Below, in pieces: positions 39,483 through 51,610 of a stretch of 64,000 nucleotides of DNA. Within the stretch, counting starts at the first letter, position 1. The number at the start of each line of letters is the position of its first letter. Made by a program: the position numbers and the translations under genes. The DNA comes from Octopus sinensis (taxonomy: Eukaryota): NCBI RefSeq assembly GCF_006345805.1, contig NC_043010.1:1736001-1800000 (forward strand). The letters run 5' to 3'. The notes under the pieces were generated by a model, which was given only the letters and a program-made list of their open reading frames with translations, was not told the DNA's origin and searched no databases.

Positions 39483-39583
39483 CACATTTATTTAGACAAG
39501 CATTTACACGTACATTTAAACATACACTCAGACACATTTCTTTTCACCCACAAACATGAGCATATTAACCAGTAGCAGTAGCC

Positions 39584-39617
<34 letters not shown>

Positions 39618-39659
39618 CAGTAGTAGTAGTAATAGTAGTAGCAGCAGTAGGTGATTGTG

Positions 39660-39708
<49 letters not shown>

Positions 39709-39765
39709 CAGCAGAAGTAGTGGGTGATGATGGTGATGGAGGTGGTGGTAATAGTAGCAGTGTGG

Positions 39766-39817
<52 letters not shown>

Positions 39818-39947
39818 CAGCAGTAGTAGAAGCAGAAGATTCTACACGAAATTGTTACTAATATAGCGATGTGTAAGGACAGCAGAAAAGTTTTACCTTT
39901 TCTTTTTTCCAGAAAACTTAAATGAAAGAAAATAAAGATAACTTCTA

Positions 39948-40514
39948 TTTTATGAAGGTCACCGCCTAAATTTATCTAAAAATTTATTTTTATTTTTATT
40001 TAATCAAAACTATGGCCTGAATAACCTTGTTATTATATTCAAAATGTGATCTGGCAAAATCTGCTTTAATGTTACCCCAAATCTGTGACCTGGTATAACC
40101 TAGCATGACCTGGGTGATATTATACTAAATATATGACCTAATTTTATGAAGATCAATGCCTAATTAATTTTCTCTTTTTTTTTTAATCTAATCAAGACTG
40201 GCCTAAATGACCTTGTCGTTGGTATACTCAAAATGGGATCTGACAAAGCCTGTTTCAATGTTATACCAGAACTCTGACTTGGCATGACCTAGTATGACCT
40301 GGGTGATGTTATACTAAATGTATGACCTAATTTTATGAATATTAATGCTTAATTTTTTTTTTTAAATATCTAATCAAAACTATTGCCCTTAGGACCTTGT
40401 CATTATTATACTCAAAATGAGATCTGACGTAACCTGTTTTAATGGTATACCAAAACTGTGACTTGGCATGATCCAGCATGACCTGAATGATGCTATTACT
40501 AAACATATGACTTA
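39948..40514. repeat. Three-copy tandem repeat of about 190 bp, rich in TGACCT
   Basis: Units start TTTTATGAA at 39948, 40142 and 40331; shared TCAAAATG.GATCTG and ATGACCTG..TGAT. Confidence 0.9.
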
Positions 40515-41152
40515 ACACGACTGGTTGAAGGTCGCTGAAGTTCCCAGAAACTGTCGCCACAACATTACTTTGACAAATATAGAACTGATGTTAGAAAAAC
40601 CCAAGTAGGTGGTTCCGTTAATACCTGAAATTTAGTGTCGACCAAATACAATATATCGTCTACAAAGAAGTTTTGTACTAATATTGATATTATCGAAAGG
40701 AATATGATTCATAATTTAAATAAGGAAATTTGTGAACATTGAATGTAAAAGAGTATAAACAAACGTAAAATAGTGTAAACAACTAAAATAAAAGTATATC
40801 TAAATAGCATTTTTTTCTTAATACTTTTTTATGTAGTGGTCGAAGGAAGCTCTGGCTTTCGTTAGCAGTGGTCCCCATAACCATTCATGATGCAGAGGTT
40901 GGGAGCTTATTTCAGCTCGGGGGTGAATCGTCATCACATGTCACTTAGTCACAAACACATGTCATACAGCTGCAATAGAATGCTGCATCACCAACAATAA
41001 TGTGATTTATCTTAGGCATCACCCAGTAATCTATCAAAGTCCATTTACACATACAGCTGGTATGACTTCTCTCCCTCATTTTATGCCTTCGTCGTAGATT
41101 GGTAGATTTGCTAGTGTCTGTAAATATGCATATATATATGCATATATATATA

Positions 41153-41190
<38 letters not shown>

Positions 41191-42724
41191 CATATATATA
41201 CATATATATATGCATATATATATGCATGTATATATATATGCATATATATATGTATGTATATATATATATGCATATATATATGTATGTGTATAATTATATA
41301 TGTATATATGTATATATATGTATATATATATATATGTATATAGATATATATATATATGTGTATATATATATATATATTATATACATATATATATTATATA
41401 TATATATATATGCATATATATATATATATAATATATATGTATATATAGTATATATATATATATTATATAATATATATATATAATATATATATATATATGC
41501 ATATATATATTATATATGTATATATATATGTATATATATGTATATATATATATATAATATATATATATATATAATATATATATAATATATATATATATAT
41601 AATATATGTATATATATATGTATATATATATATATACATATATATATATGCATATATATATGCATGTATATATATATATATATGTGTGTATATATATGCA
41701 TATATATATATATTCTATATGCATATATGTATACTACACACACACACATGCACACAAGCACACACACACACGCCTACATACACACCCACATACACATATA
41801 TACATGCCGCATGCAATATGCTCACTCGCGGGCATATATCCAGTAACGTGTCTTCCACATGACATTCCCTCGCGGGAAAGAAAGAATAAATATAGATCGA
41901 AAATAGAAAAACATATAATTAAAATATATTTCAGTGAAATGAACTAATTTCCTTTCTTCTAAATTAGAATATTTCTGAACAAAAGTTCATGAACAAATAA
42001 ACAAATAATAGATTTTCAAAATGATAAGAAAACGAAATTTTTCTCTTTCTGTTTTTGTTTATTTGTTGATTACTTTGTTTTGTTCTTGCTGACATATTTG
42101 TCTAGGTTTTTTATTGCTGTTTTTTTTTCTTTCAATATTTGCGTTCGATAATCTTATTGTTGTTGTTGTTGTTTGCATCTATAGATACATCTCTGTACAC
42201 ACACAGACACACACACATATATATATATATATACATTTACATATATATATAAATACATGTACATATATGCCTATACATATATATACATAAACATATACAT
42301 GTATACATATATGTATGCATATAATATATATATATATGTACATATATACATATATATACGTACATATATACATATATATATATATTATATATATATATAT
42401 ATACGTGACATATATACATACATATATACATATATGTACACACATATATATATGCATATATATGTACATATATATACATGTATATATACACATATGCATA
42501 CATATATATATATATATGTACATATATATATATACACACACACATATATATATACATATATATATATACATACATATATATACATATGCACATATATATA
42601 TATACACACACACATATATATATATACATATATATATATATACATATATATATATACATATACACATATATATATACACATATACATACATTTATATGTA
42701 CATGTATATATACATACATATATA

Positions 42725-42957
42725 TACATTATTTACATTTGACGCATATTTATCCTCATTTTTTTTGTTGTTAACACAATGTTTCAGCTGATATACCCTC
42801 CAGCCTTCATCAGGTGTCTTGGGGAAATTTCTAACCTGGGTTCTCATTCCTAAGGTATTTTTCGATGTTCCTCTTCTTATTAATACTATCATTCATGTCA
42901 CTGCCTGGAATCGAACTCGGTATCTTGGGGCTAGTAGCCCACGCTCTTAACCACTTC
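42725..42957 (-). mobile_element. tRNA-headed SINE-like element ending in a hammerhead motif
   Basis: Minus strand: A-box-like GTGGTTAAGA (42954-42945), B-box-like GAGTTCGATTCC (42918-42907), short AT-rich spacer, hammerhead (42818-42773), then a (TA/CA)n tract. Confidence 0.65.
42773..42818 (-). ncRNA. Minimal type I hammerhead ribozyme motif, family 2
   Basis: GACAC-CUGAUGA-A-GGCUG(GAGGGUAUAU)CAGCU-GAA-ACAU-U^GUGUU: 5-bp stem I, 5-bp stem II, canonical core; ACAU probably a CpG-decayed ACGU. Confidence 0.7.
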
Positions 42958-43196
42958 TAGTTCTTCTCCTCCTCCTGCTCTTTGCCAAGAATTCACAACA
43001 ACTACGAACCTACATGAGTAAACAAGAGAGACAGAGACAGTCAGAAACAAGAAAATGCCACTTGTATTTGAATACTATGCAAATATTCTTTTAGAAAACT
43101 TTTCATTTAATTTTTCCAAACTTTAATTGTTTCCCATACTTACAGTTGAAAAAGTCGCAATGACCGAAACCGGTACATATATATATATATATGTAC

Positions 43197-43255
<59 letters not shown>

Positions 43256-43312
43256 TATGTATACATATATATACATATATATATACATATATATATATAT
43301 ATACATATATAC

Positions 43313-43398
<86 letters not shown>

Positions 43399-43612
43399 AA
43401 ACGCAAAACAATAGTTTACAGAACGTTGTCCCAGGCAACAAAAAGGATAGAGATGGCATCCAAGGATGGCGTCGAATAATGCCTACAACCAATTTGGAGC
43501 TTTTAGGCGTTTTCACTCAATAAAAACACACAACGCCCGGTCTGGGAATCGAAACCGCAATCCTCCGACCGTGAGTCCGCTGCCCTAACCACTGGGCCAT
43601 TGTGCCTCCACT

Positions 43613-43858
43613 TGCGCTCTTTTAAAGCCTAACCAGACTCATGGGCCCGGTTTCCCGGATTCAATGGCGTATGTGTTCCCCAGCTGGACGGGACTCCAGT
43701 CCATCGCAGCGTTACTCCTTTTTGCCAGCTGAGTGGACTGGAGCAATGTGAAATGAAGTGTTTTGCTCAAGAACACAACGCGTCGCCCGGTCCAGGAATC
43801 GAAACCACAACCTTACGATCATGGTGCTGACTCCCTAACCACTAAGCCACGCGCCACC
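43613..43858 (-). mobile_element. tRNA-derived SINE family C; other copies 22198-22400(+), 47365-47598(-)
   Basis: Head GGCGCGTGGCTTAGTGGTTAGGG...GGTTTCGATTCC; body TTGAGCAAAACACTTCATTTCAC and TGCGATGGACTGG.GTCCCGTCCAG (V-SINE-like by resemblance). Confidence 0.8.
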
Positions 43859-43923
43859 ACTCATTTGACACTAAATCATGCTAAAAACAAAAAACAAAAT
43901 ACCTCTCTCCCTCTCACCATTCT

Positions 43924-43968
<45 letters not shown>

Positions 43969-45596
43969 CTTCCGCTCTTTTCTGTGGAGGACAAAAACAC
44001 TTTTCTGGAGCCAAGTTTTCATTGATGATATATCAACTTGTCTCTTTTTCTTTTTATTTCTCTCTTCTCTCCTTCCCACCTGCGCAACATTCTCTCTACG
44101 TTATTTCTCTCTCTTTGCTTATCCCTCTTTATTACTGCGTCTTCCCTCTCACTACCGCCCGTTTCTTGCTCTTTTACATTCGCTCTGTTCTCCCCCCACC
44201 ACCACCCAACACTCTCGCTTTACCTTTGCCTGTCTTCATTGTCCCCTTCGCCTCCTACCACACACACCAGTTCACTGTCCTGTTACTTTCTCTTTTTGTT
44301 ACAATTTCTCATCCCCGCCACCAATTCTCCCGCACTTACTCTCTATCTTCCTCTCTCTCAACCACTTTTCTCCGCTCCCACCAACACAAATCCCCCCCCC
44401 CACAGCTTTTCTCTGCCTTTCTTCCCTTCTTCACCGGCACCACACTCTCTTCCTAAATAAAACGTTAACAAATTTAAACTTAAACCTCCTTTTTCAAGGT
44501 AAGTTTATGTCTCTTTCTGCTGTAATTTTTTTCTTTTTCTGTGAATGTAATTTTGTAGTTGAGATATGCTGTTCGAACAAGTCAGTCACATTCCGTTTTT
44601 TGTACAGTTCGATGCCTTTCCCCCCACCCCCTTGTGTAATGTAAATTCTTCAACTGTGAAAGAACAACCAGTTATGTTTTCTAGTTTGTCTGGTTGAGCC
44701 AAATAGGCAGCCAAACAGTCTCGTGTGCATGTATTCCTCACGAATGCACAAGTGTGATTCCCATATCAATATTCGAACCTTTGACCTCTGGGCATTCAGC
44801 TTGATATGTTAACAATTCTTCCAAATGTTATTCTATTCGGGAAATTGAAGTAAATAAATAAACATGAATAAAAGACAGTATAAGCGAAGTTAACTAAACA
44901 TACTTCACGTCTTGTAGAAGTTTCTTGTGTAAAGGTTTCTCGGCGCAGATATGGCTCCGTGGTTAAATTCATTCAGGACAAACCAACTCGTAGTTTCGCG
45001 TTCACTCCCACCTAAAGGCACTTTAAGGCAAGTGCATTTTATTATAAACTCTGGTCGACCGAGGATTTGTGAGTAAAATTTAGTAGCCAGAAACTGTGTG
45101 GAAGTTCGAAGGGTAGTTTTCTGTTTTGTGGTAATAAACCTAATCCGTTACTTAGATTAAATACCATACACACGTGGCCCATAGTATCCTGTGGAAACCC
45201 TTTATTGCAAAATTTGGGACCAGGTTTGTGGTCTGCGAATAATTCCTACCCCCCCCCCTGACCAATGTCAGAGGCCGTGCAAAGTTTATTGGCGTCGCCC
45301 GCTATCTACTGTAAAATTCCTGCATTTAATAAGAAGAAAACATGGATTCTATCGCTTCGAAGGAGCTAAATTTAAGCTACAAAAATAGCAATGGTGGTCC
45401 TGAAATGTCAATGTTCCGTTTTCTGCACAGTTGACTACTTTAATATTTAGTTTAAAACAAACGTTGGAGCAAAGATATATATATATATATAATATATATA
45501 TATATAATTAATAATAATATCAAAGGGTAATCAGAAATGTCCATTACCAGTGGCCTAGCGTGTAAAAAGTTTAGTCAATAAACTATATGTTATTCA

Positions 45597-45776
45597 TATA
45601 AATACAGTGTACAGTAAAACCATTGGTCCAGGAAATAGATGGTAAATGTTTTTATTTTTCATTCCCTTCGAAATTTTATCCCTAGTAGTGGTTTGGAATT
45701 TAACTGTCCTTTCTAGCGTGCAAGGAATCCTATGATGGATACCTCTTATGTATTTAAATGTACACTGTATTTATAT
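45597..45776. mobile_element. Short inverted-repeat element (Tc1-like TA-CAGTG ends)
   Basis: TATAAATACAGTGTACA at 45597-45613, perfectly inverted at 45759-45775. Confidence 0.5.
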
Positions 45777-45829
45777 TTATTTATATATATATATATATAC
45801 GTGTGTGTGTGTGTGAAGACGCATGGTCT

Positions 45830-46049
45830 TGCGGATTGTGGTTTCAATTCCTAGATCAGGTGGAACGGTGTGCTCTTGAGCAAATCACTTCATCCCACGT
45901 TCCTCTGTGATCATTTTGACACCTAACGTATGGTACACCTGTTCAGGCAACGCCTATTTGATTGGGGGATTGAGCTAATGTACAGCAAATACATTTGATC
46001 GCAGGTCGTTCGGCAAAAATAGAACACTCCTATTTCGACGGGAGGGTCC

Positions 46050-46055
<6 letters not shown>
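45830..46055. mobile_element. SINE-like family E; a diverged opposite-orientation copy at about 28760-28900
   Basis: Shared ATAATGGAC(C/T)CTCCCGTCGAA and GTACATTAGCTCA / GCACATTAGCTCA motifs. Confidence 0.55.
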
Positions 46056-46091
<36 letters not shown>

Positions 46092-46185
46092 ATATATAAT
46101 TATTTTATTTATTAGGAAATGAAAAAAAAAATCCCGGCGTCACAGAGATTCAAATAAAATGAATTATTCTTGATAAGGAAATATA

Positions 46186-46966
46186 TGTTATTTAGAAGTC
46201 CCCATGCAATTCATCCGATCCTAATCTACATCACACCATATAATAGAATCTTATTTTAATACTTACTACAACAGCTGTCAGCTGAATCTATGATAAAGAT
46301 GATACGGCCAACTGGACTGGCAGAGGAAGGTAAGGCATATTTTTACTGTACGGTTGCAGTACTGAAAGAGTGTGTTTGGAGAACGAGAATGGAAGGTTCG
46401 GTGAAAGGGTCCTTCATCTCTGGCCCCGGTTTGCTGTCCTACTTCAGATACCATCTGAAGAGCAAGAAGGGGTTGAAGAGGAGGACCCTGCCACTGAGAG
46501 AATACCAGAAACGATGGAAGGATGTGATGAGAAAGGTGGGTGTTAGTAACCCAGCTTAATCATTGACGAAAGGAAAAGATCGTTGCTGGGCCTCATAGGC
46601 TGCCGGGTTCGATCCTTTACTCTTTTTGTTCGTTTTTCTTTATTTGTTTTCGTTTTATTTTGAAAAAAAAAAGTTCTAGTTAAAGGAAAATTTAATCTTT
46701 ATATAAAATATTTTTTAAGTAAATTTTTAACATGTAACTCATTCGAACTCATGTAACATTTTTGTCTTTTGTTTGTCCTGTATTGTCCCATTCTGTATAA
46801 GATCGTCATGGTCACAATAAAGATTCCATTTTAATACTTACTAAACATTTCTAAATTTCTCTGTAACACGTGAAATTTAGAAATGATTAGTAAAATAAAA
46901 TTCTATTATATGATGTGATGTATATTAGGATCTGATGAATTGCATGGGGACTTCTATCTCTAAATA

Positions 46967-46969
<3 letters not shown>
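46186..46969. mobile_element. Foldback MITE (about 100-bp arms) split by a LINE insertion
   Basis: AGAAGTCCCCATGCAATTCATC.GATCCTAAT.TACATCACA.CATATAATAGAAT.TTATTTTA on the left is mirrored at 46880-46969. Confidence 0.8.
46269..46827 (+). mobile_element. 5'-truncated Tx1/L1-like LINE 3' end with 16-bp TSD
   Basis: ORF2 C-terminus (FYCTVAVLKECVWRTR...FRYHLKSK...KRW), T-rich 3'UTR ending AATAAAG; TSD ATTTTAATACTTACTA at 46253-46268 and 46828-46843. Confidence 0.8.
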
Positions 46970-46997
<28 letters not shown>

Positions 46998-46999
46998 CA

Positions 47000-47325
47000 T
47001 ATGGCTTGGTAGTTAGAGCATCGGGCTCATAATCACGAGGTAGTGAGTTCAATTCCTAGACCGGACCGTGTGTTGTGCTCTTGAGCAAGTTACTTTACTT
47101 CACGTTGCTCCAGTTCACTCAGCTGTAGAAATGAGTTGCGACGTCATTGGCGCCAAGCTGTATCGGCCCTTGCCTTTCCCTTGGATAACACTGGTGGCGG
47201 GGAGAGGGGAAGATGGTATGCATGGGTGACTGCAGGTCTTCCATAAACAAACTTGTCCGGATTTCTGCCTCGGAGTGTAACTTTCTAGGTGCAATCCCAT
47301 GCGTATTTATGACCGAAGGGGGTCT
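47000..47325 (+). mobile_element. SINE with family C head and a different 3' body
   Basis: GGCTTGGTAGTTAGAGC...GAGTTCAATTCC head, TTGAGCAAGTTACTTTACTTCACGTTGCTCCAG, then distinct tail ending GACCGAAGGGGGTCTTT. Confidence 0.7.
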
Positions 47326-50300
47326 TTAGCCTGCCTATATATATATATATATATATATAAATGCACCTTTTTAAAGCCTAGCCAGGCTCATAGGCCCGGT
47401 TTCAAAGGAGTATGTGTTCCCCAGCTGGACGGGACGCCAGTCCATCGCAGCGTTACTCATTTTTGCCAGCTGAGTGGACTGGAGCAACGTGAAATGAAAG
47501 TTTTGCTCAAGAACACAACGAGTCGCCGGTCCAGGAATCGAAACCACAATCTTATGATCATGATGCTGACACCCTAACCACTAAGCCACGCGTCTCCACA
47601 CACACACATGCACAGAGAGAGAGGGAGAGATATATATACGTCGGACTTCCACTCAGTTTTCGTCGTCTAGCAAATTTGCTCACAAGAGATTAGTCGTATC
47701 GTCGACCTGATGCTACAGTAGAAAATACTGCGCTGTGGGACTGAACCCGAAACCACGCAGTTGCGAGTGTCTAAAGAGACAAAAAGGGAGGGGAAGGAAG
47801 ATAGATATACTTTCAAATAAGTTTCGAATGCAGATTTCACCGTTTTATGCAAATCTTTTTACACCTTCATATCTACATGTATTCATGTCTTCACACATAC
47901 ATTAATGCTCTCTCTCTCATACACACACACACAAGGCTTATCACTGAAAATAGAATATCTGCAACAACGTACGCTTGATGTAAAATGTATGTGTGTATGG
48001 GAGAAACAGACAGATGTTGGTCTCTGAAATATATGGTTCCAACACAAGTACTTAGCTATCGGCAAAATTACTGTAGGTGGTTGTTGTGTGGTAATAACGA
48101 CGGTGACGGCAAAGTAAATGCTTTTTTTGGTTAACGCACGTAACACAAGACAAGTTCACTTGATACCTTTCACCAGCGTTATTAACTTCCTTGTCATCTT
48201 TTCAATCGCAGCCGATCTTTTTCTGTAGCTTTTTATCCTTTTTTTTATTCCTTTATTTATTTTCTTCTATTGTTTCCTCATTTACCTGCAACATCATTCA
48301 TTTTCTCTGTGGCTGTCAGGAATCATAAGCTGACACTGTTTTTGAAGAGATGCCATATTACACGGAAACGTTTCTCAGCAATTTACCAGAAACACTGAAA
48401 ATTATGTTGTCCATATTAGAAGCGTAATATCAGCAATTTATGCGATATCTGGCGAGAGAAATTTTTCGCCAGGCATTTATTTACTAGAGACAATTTTTCG
48501 AATGTTTCAAACTTAAGAGTGAATAATGACTGATGAAATTTTACAGATTAAAGGCTTCTGAAAAACAAAATTCAAATGGAGTGGAAGCCAGTTGAAATGT
48601 TATCGAAACGAATAATTTTAAGTGCAAGAAAATGATATTTATGTGTGACTGTAATTTACGTTCTACCCATTTCCATTGTAAACGTGCAATTATGGAAATG
48701 TAATTTATATATCATGACGGTTTAAAGATTGCTAGCTGGCTGCTCCTCCTCATTGCCTCGGTTCTTATGAAGAGATACGTTGTGATATGTCATCTAGAAT
48801 TATGTCTGTCACATCAGCATTGCAGATATTTCTTTATTAATATTGGAAGGCAGCGAACTGGCAGAATCGTTGGCAGGCCAGATAAAATCTCTGAGCGGTG
48901 TTTCGACTGTCTTTATGTTCCGAGCTCGAATTCCGCCAAGGTCTACTTTGCTGTCATCATTTTGGTGTAAATGGAATAAGTACCAGTTGAGTACTCGGGC
49001 CGAAAGAATAGATACCTATTGAGCACTGGGGTCGATGACATCGACTAATCCCAACATCAAGAATTTCAGACTTTGTGCCTAAAGCAGAAAGAATTGTTTT
49101 CGTCTGTTTTTATGTTCTAAGCCCAAATTGTCTTTTGTCCTTTCGGGGTCGATGAAATAACAGTTGAGTACTGGGGTTGATGTAATCAACTAACCCAACC
49201 ATCCATAAAAAAAAATTTAGGCCCTGTACCTATTGTAGAAGGGATTATTATTGAAGGCGGCTAGCTGGCAGAATTGTTACCACGCCAGACAAGAAGTGCT
49301 TGGTGGCATTTCTCCTGGATCAATGCCAGACAGCCTTTGGGTTTGCTGCCCTCTCTTTATCGCCCCCATGCAAGCATATACAGCAAATACAAAAGTGCTG
49401 TCGCCATATAATTGTCGTCCGGAGCGGACCCATCCCCCACCGTTGCCTCCCCGCCACCTATATATGCAATCAACCCAATGCCTATTTTTTACATAATGAA
49501 TTTGCCTACCATATATACTATTCTACTTTGCATAAAACTTTAGCTATATTGGTACTTCTGACTCTCATTTTTTAAGTATTCTAGTGTGTCAATATTTTAA
49601 CAATATGATGGTACCTTTTTAAATTATAACATTGCTTCGTAAATTAAAATCAAATAATTTTAAATTTTCAAATTTTATCCTCAGCTGCAATATTTTAAGT
49701 AAAAATCTTTCTTGTTCTGTACTTTACCAGATGTAATAAGTTGTCCTGAACTTTTCCAAGTGTAATAACTTGTCCAGTAATTTTCCAGGTTTATAATCTT
49801 AAGAATATTATTTCCCTTGCTCGCATTTTTCCATGTAATCCATGTTTTTTTTCCAGGCTTTGCTATTATGCTAATTAATAATGTGTCAATTAGCGGTGTC
49901 GTTGATAATTTTCTCCTTACCTCAATGACGCCGGTGACATATTAAAAGTCCCTTATAGAACTATATTCATAAAAAGTATAGAACTATGTCATCACCCTCA
50001 AAATTGAGAAACAAACACTCGTAACTGTTTTCTTTTAAAACTTCATTGCATTAAATTGATGCCATGAAATTCCTCGAATTGAGCTTAATTACAATATAGT
50101 TACAATATAATTACATTTAAGCTTAATTAAAATATAGTTTGTATTTAAAATAAAGTTAATTATACTAAAACCCAATTTGTTGTCTTACTCATATTTTTTC
50201 ATGATATTTTATCTCTCAACTTTGATACAAATTTTTGTTGCATGGGAACAAAACTATGAAATTCTTCGTGCGTTCTTCTATCATTTGCACTAAGATAAAT

Positions 50301-51199
50301 ATATTTTGCTTTTAAAATTAAAAAAGTCTATTTTGATCTAAACATAATTGGTGGCATTACTTACTCTCCTATAAACGTTGCTACAAATTTTGATGTAAAA
50401 CTTTTTTTTCTACTGAATCAAATCTCAATTATGTTCTGCTAAAATGTAGCTAGGGATGGATCCTCTTCAAAAATGTTAAGTTTTCGATTTGGCTAAGAAC
50501 TGAATTAGCGACAAGCTCTGAAATATGCTGCGTGTAAGTAAATTGCGGCCTTAAAAATATTCAACTACTACCGTAGTTGAATGATATATAATATGTGGGT
50601 GTGTGTATTATCTACCCACTGCTTTAAAATCGGTGTTGGTTTGTTTACGTTCCCGTAACTAAGTGGTTTTGGAGAAGCAGCTGATAGAATAAATACCATA
50701 CTTTAATAATAATAAAAAAATAAGTACTGAGATCGATTTGTGCGACCAAATCATTCAAGGTTGTGCCCCAGCATGGCCGCAGTCGAGTGAGTGAAACAAG
50801 CAAAAGATAAAGATAATGAAGATATATATTCCACATAGATTATAAACAAATGGCCTCCAATCCTGAGGGGTCATTTGTTTATAATCTATGCGGAATATAA
50901 ATAGAAGTTACTTCATTTCTCTAACACATCCTGCTGTTGTTCGTATAGATCTAAGGCAAAAGCGACCGGTAGAATAAGTACCAAACTTCAGAACCAAGTA
51001 TTTTGGTCGATTTTTTTTTTTCGACTAAAACCTTTTAACTTGGTGCCACAGCATGGCCGCACTCCATTAAGTAAAACAAGTAAAATGATGAAAGTATTAT
51101 TAAAACTACTGATCCTTAGTTGTATTTAGCCATGGGTAGATGGGGTCACTGTTTATAGGACTTGTTTAGAGTGCTGAATATCTTAGGACTGGTTCTGTT

Positions 51200-51610
51200 G
51201 GATCTTTTCGGTTTGAACGGCAGTTTTTTCTAGCGGTGTCATGAAATTGTCTCCCATAATTATGACCCTAGTAACGATCTATTGCATTTCAATCTGTTTT
51301 AGGGTTGGTTAGGGTGGGGGGAAGGGTATCTTTTTTTTCTTCACAAATGTAAATAAACCCAATCTGTTTCTTAAACGAGGGACATATTCATACGGCACAG
51401 AATGTTTTCACCTCAATAGACGTCATTGATTGGTTGAAATTGCAGAAATTGAAGAAAAAACAACAACAAATATCTTACAAACTATAGAATTTTCTCAAAG
51501 CCAAGAGAAAAAGATGTTTTATAAACACATTCTACCAGTATACAAAGTTTAAAAGTGTTTAGTTACGTGGAAATTATTTTAAAAAACTGCCATTCAAACC
51601 GAAAAGATCC
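51200..51610. mobile_element. 411-bp non-autonomous DNA transposon, GGATC termini, 8-bp TSD (superfamily uncertain)
   Basis: 30-bp TIR GGATCTTTTCGGTTTGAA(C/T)GGCAGTTTTTT; perfect TSD GTTCTGTT at 51192-51199 and 51611-51618. Confidence 0.9.

Larger units (their letters stand above)
41120..43390. repeat. Large (TA)n/(TACA)n low-complexity blocks (41120-41720, 42210-42725, 43175-43390)
   Basis: Direct reading. Confidence 0.95.

Noticed and set aside
41120-41720. Frequent single-base phase shifts within (TA)n as a pattern
   Set aside because: Most simply slippage or long-read consensus error; cannot be distinguished without reads.
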